DNA of 5,682 nucleotides from Escherichia coli (GTDB lineage Bacteria; Pseudomonadota; Gammaproteobacteria; Enterobacterales; Enterobacteriaceae): NCBI RefSeq assembly GCF_003334785.1, contig NZ_QOWV01000042.1; one strand, 5' to 3'. Shown piece by piece: positions 1 to 5,652 of this stretch (position 1 is its first letter; each line of letters starts with the position of its first letter). The notes under the pieces were generated by a model. It saw only the letters and a program-made list of their open reading frames with translations, ran no database searches and was not told where the DNA came from. The position numbers and the translations under genes were made by a program.

Positions 1-70
1 GGTCATCGCCGAAACTGACGGTTTTCAGACTCTTGATCTCATCGTCCAGATAGCGGTTCAGCTCGAGGTG
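1..70. repeat. Left-edge remnant of the 75-bp tandem repeat array (same unit as 5101-5610); followed by a degenerate copy to ~120
   Basis: Positions 1-69 (ggtcatcgccgaaactgacggttttcagactcttgatctcatcgtccagatagcggttcagctcgagg) match the 75-bp units at 5155-5605 nearly base for base. The array evidently continues left of the window. Confidence 0.9.
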
Positions 71-229
71 TTCATAATCTTCACTGACGCTAAAACTCTT
101 AACATTTTGTAGCATCTTATATTCGTACTTCAGCTTCTCTATTAACTCATTACTTAAATCATCAAGAGCATCATGGTCATATTTCGATGACATCAGATGC
201 GATTTTTTAATCATAAATCTGCCATCCAT
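1..229 (-). CDS. Hyper-acidic 25-aa tandem-repeat protein, N-terminal 76 codons only (5' partial at window edge); start ATG at complement(227..229)
   Basis: The minus strand reads AAGGAG (complement of 236-241), a 6-nt spacer, then ATG. Translation is MDGRFMIKKSHLMSSKYDHDALDDLSNELIEKLKYEYKMLQNVKSFSVSEDYEHLELNRYLDDEIKSLKTVSFGDD..., which leads in frame into the LNRYLDDEI.SLKTVSFGDDHELLE repeat. The frame stays open to position 1, so it is absent from the ORF track only because it is truncated. The start lies 13 nt after the stop of the upstream 416-aa gene, so the two form an operon. Confidence 0.7.
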   Translation of the reverse strand, partial: MDGRFMIKKSHLMSSKYDHDALDDLSNELIEKLKYEYKMLQNVKSFSVSEDYEHLELNRYLDDEIKSLKTVSFGDD

Positions 230-242
230 ATGATACTCCTTC

Positions 243-1406
243 TTACTCTGTTATTGATGAAAGGATTGAGCTCATCTTCTGAATAGAAGATAACTTTCCT
301 TTCATTAGAAGTCTAATTTTAGCCATTATCTCAGGATCTGTCGCAGATTCTAGCTTTTTAGATAGACCAGCAATTTCTGCCTTTTCTCTTTTTATTCTGT
401 TTTCTAGGAGTGCTCGGTGTTCACTGTTGCTTGTGTTACTTCCAGCTCCATACCCATTCCCTGTTGAAATGTTGAGGTTTTCGGTGTTTATTTTAAGATC
501 GAATGCGTTGTTTATATTTAAGATTAGTTCTTTTGTGTTTATTACATCAAAAAATTGAACGCTTGAGTTATTTAGCATTTCCTCTCTTAATATAGCGTGA
601 ACGCCTTTGTTTTCTCTATTTTCTTTATCTCTACCAACTTTAAATATGAAGTCATCTTTTGCATCATTAGTGATTAGGAAAACGTTTTTCGCACCTGTTG
701 ATGCGGCATGCTCTAGAGTTTCTTTCCATATGTAGAAATCACCATAAGCTCTTTGATAAGTAATGCCGTCATAAGAGAATATATTGTCTGGCTTTCCTAC
801 CTTGTCTGCGTCACAGAATCCAGGGGGCGTTTTTAATTCATACCTTGATTTACATTCAGCATCTAATCCATTAATGTATTCTTGGTCCTTTTTTACGCCT
901 ATTTTTCCAGAGAATATGTTGTCAATCCATTCTCTATGTATGTCTTTTGTATTTAACTCATCAATTGATTCATTGAGTTTTCCATACATATCCTCTAGTC
1001 CTGAGTTTAATAAATCAATGGATTTTTTTATTAACTCAGATACTTGTCTGTTTAGCCCTTCGTAATGCCTTGCTTTGGAGTTGTTGCATTTTTCTAATAG
1101 TTTTGATGAATAAGATAATAAATCAACAACAGGAGATGTTGTTGTTGATATCAAGTGTTTCTGATCGTCGATAACCCCTAATCTTCTTCTCTGATACTCC
1201 AACGCAGTAAAATAAGGGAGATATATATTTTCTCTTATCTGTTCTATTGATTTCTTTATCGCAGATATTGTTTCCTGGTTGTTTCTATATAGGTCTAATA
1301 TGACATTGGTGTCAAAAACAAATAATGTATCATCTGCCCTGTATATATCAGGATTGTCCTTTATGTTGCCTGTATAAAATCCTTTAAACATATCCCTCAT
1401 CGACAT
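243..1406 (-). CDS. PIN-like (VapC/PhoH-PIN type) predicted nuclease with a large insertion between the first and third catalytic motifs; C-terminal predicted coiled coil. Function unknown. Longest open frame extends to 1493 (416 aa, TTG first codon)
   Basis: This is a 1.2-kb open frame on the minus strand. I prefer the start at ATG complement(1404..1406), which has AGGGG 6 nt upstream. The 29 codons above it up to 1493 have no ATG with a ribosome-binding site. Motifs support a PIN domain. DTLFVFDTNVILDLY gives the beta1 acidic residue, LEYQ gives a glutamate about 40 aa later, and NVFLITNDAKDDFIF about 215 aa later matches the VapC-type hhTxN/DxxDF third/fourth acidic motif. GDFYIWKETLEHA precedes the last of these. 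GC content by eye is about one third, against about 55% in the backbone. The fold call comes from motif recognition only. Confidence 0.75.
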   Translation of the reverse strand: MSMRDMFKGFYTGNIKDNPDIYRADDTLFVFDTNVILDLYRNNQETISAIKKSIEQIRENIYLPYFTALEYQRRRLGVIDDQKHLISTTTSPVVDLLSYSSKLLEKCNNSKARHYEGLNRQVSELIKKSIDLLNSGLEDMYGKLNESIDELNTKDIHREWIDNIFSGKIGVKKDQEYINGLDAECKSRYELKTPPGFCDADKVGKPDNIFSYDGITYQRAYGDFYIWKETLEHAASTGAKNVFLITNDAKDDFIFKVGRDKENRENKGVHAILREEMLNNSSVQFFDVINTKELILNINNAFDLKINTENLNISTGNGYGAGSNTSNSEHRALLENRIKREKAEIAGLSKKLESATDPEIMAKIRLLMKGKLSSIQKMSSILSSITE

Positions 1407-1501
1407 AAAAAAGCCCCTATTATTCATTTCTGTTTTGTTCTTTTCGTCAGTTGCTGACTCTTGTGTCAACATCAAAATCAATCGATCATGCAAATGATCT
1501 C

Positions 1502-1530
1502 TTGAGATTCCTTTTTTCTACGCGTAATCT
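1502..1530 (+). promoter_or_regulatory. RNAII (primer) promoter: -35 TTGAGA (1502-1507), 17-bp spacer, -10 TAATCT (1525-1530)
   Basis: This corresponds position for position to the pBR322 RNAII promoter (ttgagatcctttttttctgcgcgtaatct), followed by the gCAAAC-like RNAII start (gtaaacgaaaaaacc). Confidence 0.7.
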
Positions 1531-1540
1531 TTCTTCCTGT

Positions 1541-1573
1541 AAACGAAAAAACCACCCTGGCAGGTGGTCTTTT
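1541..1573 (-). terminator. RNAI intrinsic terminator (stem accacc(c/t)ggcagggtggt plus T6 on the minus strand); the same element forms stem-loop I of RNAII
   Basis: The minus strand reads aaaagaccacctgccagggtggttttttcgttt, a GC-rich hairpin followed by a U-tract. It would also stop RNAI read-through into the divergent cargo operon. Confidence 0.6.
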
Positions 1574-1646
1574 CGAAGGTTAGATAATCCTGGCAGATTC
1601 TCTAACCGTGGTAACAGTCTTGTGCGAGACATGTCACCAAATCCGT
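1541..1646 (-). ncRNA. RNAI: RNAI antisense copy-number control RNA (~106 nt), complementary to the 5' end of RNAII
   Basis: The 5' end is placed by alignment to the pBR322 RNAI 5' ACAGUAUUUGG. Here the complement is accaaatccgt ending at 1646. The 3' end is at the U-run after the hairpin accacctgccagggtggt. The RNAI promoter lies on the minus strand just above, with TTGAAG as complement of 1672-1677 and a ctacact-like -10. The loop sequences differ from ColE1/pMB1. Confidence 0.85.
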
Positions 1647-2044
1647 CCTTTCAGTGTAGCCTCACTCAGGCCACCACTTCAAGAACTCTCGATACATCTC
1701 TCGCACATCCTGTTTACCAGTGGCCGTTGCCAATGGCGATTAGTCGTGTCTTTTCGGGTTGGACTCAAGACGATAGTTACCGGATAAGGCGCAGCGGTCG
1801 GACTGAACGGGGGGTTCGTGCATACAGTCCAGCTTGGAGCGAACTGCCTACCCGGAACTGAGTGTCAGGCGTGGAATGAGAAACCGCGGCCATAACAGCG
1901 GAATGACACCGGTAAACCGAAAGGCAGGAACAGGAGAGCGCACGAGGGAGCCACCAGGGGGAAACGCCTGGTATCTTTATAGTCCTGTCGGGTTTCGCCA
2001 CCTCTGACTTGAGCGTCGATTTTTGTGATGCTCGTCAGGGGGGC

Positions 2045-2065
2045 GGAGCCTATGGAAAAAGCGCC
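2045..2065 (+). other. ori: ColE1-type origin of replication (RNA-DNA transition region)
   Basis: gggcggagcctatggaaaaagcgcc matches the pBR322 ori sequence gggcggagcctatggaaaaacgcc, where leading-strand synthesis starts in the A-run. Confidence 0.7.
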
Positions 2066-2289
2066 TGCGGCGCGGCCTTTTTCGGGGTTTCCGTTTTTGC
2101 GCACATGTTCTTTCCCGGGTTATCCCCGGATTCTGTGGATAACTGTGTTACCGTTTTTGTGTGAGTCAGTACCGCTCGCCGCAGCCGAACGACCGAGCGT
2201 AGCGAGTCAGTGAGCGAGGAAGCGGAAGAGCGCCGGAAGCTACATTTTCTCCTTACGCATCTGTGCGGCATTTCACACCCGGCATGGTG

Positions 2290-2400
2290 CACTTTTCATA
2301 CCATCCGCACTGATGCTGCATGAGTAAGCCAGTATACACTCCGCTATCGCTACGTGACTGGGTCATGGCTGCGCCCCGACACCCGCAAGGTCAACGGCCT
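2290..2400 (-). other. oriT: bom/oriT (basis of mobility) with nic-site motif 5'-CTGG/CTTA-3' on the minus strand (nick between 2329 and 2328)
   Basis: The block catgagtaagccagtatacactccgctatcgctacgtgactgggtcatggctgcgccccgacacccgc is almost identical to the pBR322/ColE1 bom region. The nic motif is recalled from the ColE1 MbeA literature. The strand nicked and transferred 5' to 3' would carry ori and the cargo first and the mob genes last. Confidence 0.65.
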
Positions 2401-2477
2401 GACGCGCCCTGACGGGCTTGTCTGCTCCCGGCATCCGCTCACAGGCAAGCTGTGACCGTCTCCGGGAGCTGTATGTG

Positions 2478-2669
2478 TCAGAGGTTTTCACCGTCATCAC
2501 CGAAACGCGCGAGGCAGCTGCGGTAAAGCTCATCAGCGTGGTCGTGAAGCGATTCACAGATGTCTGCCTGTTCATCCGCGTCCAGTTCGTTGAGTTTCTC
2601 CAGCAGCGTTAATGTCTGGCTTCTGATAAAGCGGGCCATGTTAAGGGCGGTTTTTTCCTGTTTAGTCAC
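2478..2669 (-). CDS. rom: Rom/Rop RNA one modulator (63 aa), four-helix-bundle protein stabilising the RNAI-RNAII kissing complex
   Basis: The ORF MTKQEKTALNMARFIRSQTLTLLEKLNELDADEQADICESLHDHADELYRSCLARFGDDGENL is essentially the ColE1/pBR322 Rop sequence as I recall it. It lies immediately after the bom region, as in ColE1. Confidence 0.95.
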   Translation of the reverse strand: MTKQEKTALNMARFIRSQTLTLLEKLNELDADEQADICESLHDHADELYRSCLARFGDDGENL

Positions 2670-2734
2670 TGATGCCTCCGTGTAAGGGGGGATTTCTGTT
2701 CATGGGGGTAATGATACCGATGAAACGCGAGAGG

Positions 2735-3058
2735 ATGCTCACCATACGGGTTACTGATGATGAACATGCCCGGTTACTGGAACGCTGTGAGGGTAAACAA
2801 CTGGCGGTATGGATGCGGCGGGTCTGCCTGGGTGAGCCGGTTGCCCGTTCCGGGAAGCTGCCGACACTGGCACCGCCGTTACTGCGCCAGCTGGCTGCCA
2901 TCGGGAATAACCTGAATCAGACAGCGAGGAAGGTGAACAGCGGGCAGTGGTCTTCCGGCGACCGGGTTCAGGTGGTGGCCGCACTGATGGCCATCGAGAG
3001 AGAGTTGCGCAGCTTACGGCAGGTCGTCAGGGGACAGGGAGCGCGGGATGATAGTTAA
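2735..3058 (+). CDS. mbeC: MbeC/MobC-family relaxosome accessory protein (ribbon-helix-helix N-terminus MLTIRVTDDEHARLLE)
   Basis: The frame is open from 2672. In-frame ATGs sit at 2702, 2711, 2720 and 2735. I chose 2735 because it has gagagg 3 nt upstream and I recall ColE1 MbeC as about 107 aa, but the start is uncertain. The 3' end overlaps the mbeA start by 11 nt, as in ColE1. Confidence 0.8.
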   Translation: MLTIRVTDDEHARLLERCEGKQLAVWMRRVCLGEPVARSGKLPTLAPPLLRQLAAIGNNLNQTARKVNSGQWSSGDRVQVVAALMAIERELRSLRQVVRGQGARDDS

Positions 3059-3426
3059 GTTTCATGCCAGGGGGAAAGGTGGTGGCAGTGGTCCGGTTGA
3101 TTACCTTCTGGGAAGGGAGCGTAACCGGGAAGGTGCAACGGTACTGCAGGGTAACCCGGAAGAAGTCCGGGAACTCATCGATGCCACGCCATTTGCGAAG
3201 AAATATACGTCCGGTGTTCTGTCGTTCGCGGAGAAGGAACTGCCGCCGGGAGGACGTGAAAAAGTTATGGCGAGCTTTGAGCGTGTACTGATGCCCGGTC
3301 TTGAAAAAAATCAGTACAGCATCCTGTGGGTGGAGCACCAGGACAAGGGACGGCTTGAGCTGAATTTTGTCATTCCGAACATGGAGCTACAGAGCGGAAA
3401 ACGCCTCCAGCCGTACTACGACCGGG

Positions 3427-3478
3427 CAGACAGGCCGAGAATTGATGCCTGGCAGACAGGCCGAGAATTGATGCCTGG
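3427..3478. repeat. Perfect 2 x 26-bp direct tandem duplication inside mbeA, flanked by a third gcagac microhomology
   Basis: This is seen directly: the 26-bp unit gcagacaggccgagaattgatgcctg is repeated twice, then gcagacgctgg follows. Confidence 0.95.
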
Positions 3479-3761
3479 CAGACGCTGGTTAATCACCATT
3501 ACGGGCTGCATGACCCCAACGCCCCGGAGAACCGCCGGATACTGACTCTCTCTGATAACCTGCCGGAAACGAAACAGGCGCTTGCAGAGAGCGTCACACG
3601 CGGGATAGACGCTCTTTATCATGTCGGGGAGATAAAAGGCCGTCAGGATGTGATTCAGGCGCTCACAGAGGCAGGGCTTGAAGTGGTCAGGGTGACGCGA
3701 AGCAGTATCAGCATTGCAGACCCGAACGGTGGGAAGAATATCAGGCTGAAAGGAGCATTTT

Positions 3762-4292
3762 ATGAGCAATCTTTTACAGACGGGCGCGGAGTTCGAGAAA
3801 AAGCTGAAAGAGAGAGCCGAATCTACAGAGACAATGCTGAACGACGAGTTCAGGAAGCTCGAAGAATCTGTAAACAGGGAGCTGACCTCAAACGAATCTT
3901 TAATCAGGAACGCTATCAACGACCATACAGCAGCCCTGAAAGAACTTCTGGAGAGGTATCAGAAAACGACCGTCAGCACGATGGACACACACTGGCAAAC
4001 CGTGCTGAAAATGAGCGTGAAACGCTGGCTGTGGCTGATTATCGTCTCAGTACTGATGTTTGCCACGACCGGGAGTCTGCTGTGGTACCAGGGCATGAAG
4101 ATAAACGAGAATATGAATATTCTCCGCGAGCAGAAAGAGAGTCTGGAGAAGCTGAACGCGAAGACATGGGGCGTGCGTTATCACGAGGACAGCAACGGAC
4201 GTTTTCTGGTGTTGCCGAAGGGGATGAAAGCCGAAACGAACTGGACGAAGGACAACGGCAAACTGAACGCAGTGAGACTGGTGCAGGAGTGA
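3762..4292 (+). CDS. mbeB: MbeB/MobB mobilisation protein (176 aa, one predicted TM helix WLWLIIVSVLMFATTGSLLW), nested out of frame within mbeA
   Basis: The sequence gaaaggag, 8 nt, then ATG gives the start. It is an intact ORF in the ColE1 arrangement, with mbeB and mbeD embedded in the mbeA coding region. Confidence 0.8.
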   Translation: MSNLLQTGAEFEKKLKERAESTETMLNDEFRKLEESVNRELTSNESLIRNAINDHTAALKELLERYQKTTVSTMDTHWQTVLKMSVKRWLWLIIVSVLMFATTGSLLWYQGMKINENMNILREQKESLEKLNAKTWGVRYHEDSNGRFLVLPKGMKAETNWTKDNGKLNAVRLVQE

Positions 4293-4298
4293 CAGAGC

Positions 4299-4532
4299 AT
4301 GACGGAGCTGGAAAGACATTTGCTGAACGCCTTAGAGCAACTGCAACAGGACTATATGCAGCGGCTGAACGAATGGGAGAGCGCCTTCGTGGAATTGCAG
4401 AAAATGTTTTCGCTTACGCAACGGGACAACGCGATGCTGAACGAGCGGGTCATGCAGTTGAGTCAGCAGGTGCAGCACTTGAGCGAGCGGACAGAACGCT
4501 TGAGCCAGTTATACAGCGAGAACAGGAGATAA
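4299..4532 (+). CDS. mbeD: MbeD/MobD small coiled-coil mobilisation protein (77 aa), nested within mbeA
   Basis: The start is caggag, 9 nt, then ATG, placed 4 nt after the mbeB stop. The ORF is intact. Confidence 0.8.
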   Translation: MTELERHLLNALEQLQQDYMQRLNEWESAFVELQKMFSLTQRDNAMLNERVMQLSQQVQHLSERTERLSQLYSENRR

Positions 4533-4632
4533 GGGACGAACGGCTGATACAGGAGCGCGAACATGCGTTATCCCTGGAGCGTGAGCGCCAGCCGGAAATA
4601 CAGGAACGCACACTGGATGGCCCTTCGCTGGG

Positions 4633-4839
4633 ATGGTAATCAGAGACAGGCTAAAATGTTGTCAGCGCGTTTCCGGTGCATTTTTTGGGATAATGGTTGG
4701 TTCGGGGGCACCGGGAACGCGCTTCAGTCAGACCTTGCTGAAAACACAGGAACGCGTTAAAACGCATACGGGCGCGATTCTGGTGTATCTTTTGTTGCTG
4801 TGTTTTGCCGTTATTGCCAGATCGCGCTCATTCCCCTGA
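4633..4839 (+). CDS. mbeE: Small membrane protein overlapping the mbeA stop (68 aa, C-terminal TM segment AILVYLLLLCFAVIA); possible mbeE / entry-exclusion-like ORF
   Basis: The ATG overlaps the mbeA TAA in a ggATGgTAAtc arrangement, and there is a hydrophobic helix. No convincing SD is present. The assignment rests on position only. Confidence 0.35.
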   Translation: MVIRDRLKCCQRVSGAFFGIMVGSGAPGTRFSQTLLKTQERVKTHTGAILVYLLLLCFAVIARSRSFP

Positions 4840-4879
4840 ATTTCTGTTTTTCCGCTCCGGTTCCGTCTTCTGCCTTTCC

Positions 4880-5087
4880 GAAAGTATGAAAAAAATCCGT
4901 TTCAGCAGTCTCTGGCTGGAAATTCCTGCGTGATTCACATGGCTGCATAGCTATGCATGTGGTTAAAATTTACCGGGTGCGATCGCGGCAGTTTTTCGGG
5001 TGGTTTGTTGCCATTTTTACCTGTCTGCTGCCGTGATCGCACCGAACGCGTTTCAGTGGTGCGTACAATGGGATGTTATGGTAAATG
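4880..5087 (+). other. cer: cer-like XerCD multimer-resolution site: accessory sequences plus core at 5058-5086 (XerC arm ggtgcgtacaa, central tgggatg, XerD arm ttatggtaaat)
   Basis: The 3' part ttcgggtggtttgttgccatttttacctgtctgctgccgtgatcgc.c.gaacgcgttt.ag.ggtgcgtacaat...gttatggtaaat closely matches my recollection of ColE1 cer. A palindrome tgcatagctatgca at 4946-4959, about 100 bp upstream of the core, fits an ARG-box half-site pair (TGAAT/ATTCA-like). The Pcer/Rcd promoter is expected between the two. Confidence 0.7.
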
Positions 5088-5100
5088 GCTCTCGCTAGTT

Positions 5101-5610
5101 TCATTTAATTTTTAAATTACGAAGCTCATTATCCAGATAGCGATTCAGCTCGAGGAGCTCGTGGTCATCGCCGAAACTGACGGTTTTCAGGCTCTTGATC
5201 TCATCGTCCAGATAGCGGTTCAGCTCGAGGAGTTCGTGGTCATCGCCGAAACTGACGGTTTTCAGACTCATGATCTCATCGTCCAGATAGCGGTTCAGTT
5301 CCCGGAGTTCGTGGTCATTGCCGAAACTGACGGTTTTCAGGCTCTTGATCTCATCGTCCAGATAGCGGTTCAGTTTCCGGAGCTCGTGGTCATCGCCGAA
5401 ACTGACGGTTTTCAGACTCATGATCTCATCGTCCAGATAGCGGTTCAGCTCGAGGAGCTCGTGGTCATCGCCGAAACTGACGGTTTTCAGGCTCATGATC
5501 TCATCGTCCAGATAGCGGTTCAGTTTCCGGAGCTCGAGGTCATCGCCGAAATTGACGGTTTTCAGACTCATGATCTCATCGTCCAGATAGCGGTTCAGAT
5601 AGAGGAGATC
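5101..5610. repeat. Tandem array of about 6.7 copies of a 75-bp unit at >93% identity, in two alternating sub-variants (..cagctcgaggag.. versus ..cagtt(t/c)ccggag..)
   Basis: This is seen directly: gtggtcatcgccgaaactgacggttttcag(g/a)ctc(t/a)tgatctcatcgtccagatagcggttcag... recurs every 75 bp. Confidence 0.95.
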
Positions 5611-5652
5611 ATAGTCATCGCAGACGCTAACAGTATTAACAATATTTATCAA
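5101..5652 (-). CDS. Second, paralogous hyper-acidic tandem-repeat protein: six 25-aa repeats plus degenerate N- and C-terminal units. No credible start codon; upstream sequence in the same frame is interrupted by TAG at complement(5653..5655) and continues off the right edge
   Basis: On the minus strand six near-perfect repeats LNRYLDDEI[M/K]SLKTVSFGDDHEL[L/R][E/K] follow ..DYDLLY. The upstream frame reads LIELMMYDY*LINIVNTVSVCDDYDLLY, which aligns with the left-edge gene as LIEKLKYEYKMLQNVKSFSVSEDYEHLE, with TAG opposite AAG. The plus-strand antisense ORF (5161..5682) has no ATG or ribosome-binding site and is the mirror image of this frame. The stop lies 14 nt from the cer core. Confidence 0.6.
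   Translation of the reverse strand: MINIVNTVSVCDDYDLLYLNRYLDDEIMSLKTVNFGDDLELRKLNRYLDDEIMSLKTVSFGDDHELLELNRYLDDEIMSLKTVSFGDDHELRKLNRYLDDEIKSLKTVSFGNDHELRELNRYLDDEIMSLKTVSFGDDHELLELNRYLDDEIKSLKTVSFGDDHELLELNRYLDNELRNLKIK

Larger units (their letters stand above)
1539..2058 (+). ncRNA. RNAII: RNAII replication primer transcript of a ColE1-type origin (5' end ~1539; processed by RNase H at ori ~2056-2060)
   Basis: Long stretches are identical or near-identical to my recollection of pBR322/ColE1 RNAII. Examples are ggataaggcgcagcggtcgg.ctgaacggggggttcgtgca, ggaacaggagagcgcacgagggag, gggggaaacgcctggtatctttatagtcctgtcgggtttcgccacctctgacttgagcgtcgatttttgtgatgctcgtcaggggggcggagcctatggaaaaa. The 5' stem-loop region is diverged. 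Confidence 0.85.
3048..4639 (+). pseudogene. mbeA: MbeA relaxase (MOB-HEN/ColE1 family) disrupted by a +26-bp tandem duplication; the N-terminal 165-codon frame (3048..3545) and the C-terminal frame (to 4639) join only if one 26-bp copy is removed
   Basis: The N-terminus MIVKFHARGKGGGSGPVDYLLG contains the catalytic Tyr motif, and HQDKGRLELN is the HEN motif. At 3427-3452 and 3453-3478 the sequence gcagacaggccgagaattgatgcctg occurs twice in tandem, followed by gcagac again. The 26 nt shift the frame by +2, which is exactly the frame of the 329-aa ORF 3650..4639 (..DAWQTLVNHHYGLHDPNAPENRRILTLSDNLPETKQALAESVTRGIDALYHVGEIKGRQD VIQALTEAGLEV.., the E/R-rich C-terminus). Without one copy the gene would be about 521 codons. 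Confidence 0.85.

Noticed and set aside
784-1065. 93-aa plus-strand ORF inside the PIN-like gene
   Set aside because: It is antisense to a 1.2-kb gene with clear motifs. The open frame arises by chance because the AT-rich sequence is poor in stop codons on that strand.
1451-2292. Several 60-136-aa ORFs on both strands (1451..1861 +, 1777..2001 -, 1865..2104 -, 2025..2213 +, 2050..2292 -)
   Set aside because: They lie entirely within the RNAII/RNAI/ori and bom segment, which is near-identical to non-coding pBR322 sequence. They have no ribosome-binding sites, and GC-rich DNA gives open frames by chance.
2418-2612. 64-aa plus-strand ORF, and a possible rom terminator hairpin gctcccgg...ccgggagc at 2425-2470
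   Set aside because: The ORF is antisense to the well-supported rom gene. The inverted repeat has a ~30-nt loop and no U-tract. It is conserved in pBR322 as part of the bom-rom spacer, and I cannot assign it a terminator role from sequence.
3027-4319. Minus-strand ORFs 3027..3338, 3416..3919, 4047..4319 and plus-strand 3064..3291
   Set aside because: These are antisense to or out of frame with the mbeA/mbeB/mbeD coding sequences, whose products match the ColE1 Mbe proteins. They have no translation signals.
4563-4760. 65-aa plus-strand ORF overlapping the end of mbeA and the putative mbeE
   Set aside because: It has no ribosome-binding site and is a hydrophilic, Arg/Trp-rich out-of-frame read of mbeA. 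I kept the alternative 68-aa frame with a TM helix as the weak mbeE candidate, but neither is secure.
5101-5610. CRISPR array
   Set aside because: The repeats are directly tandem with no spacers and are translated in frame as protein repeats. There are no cas genes.
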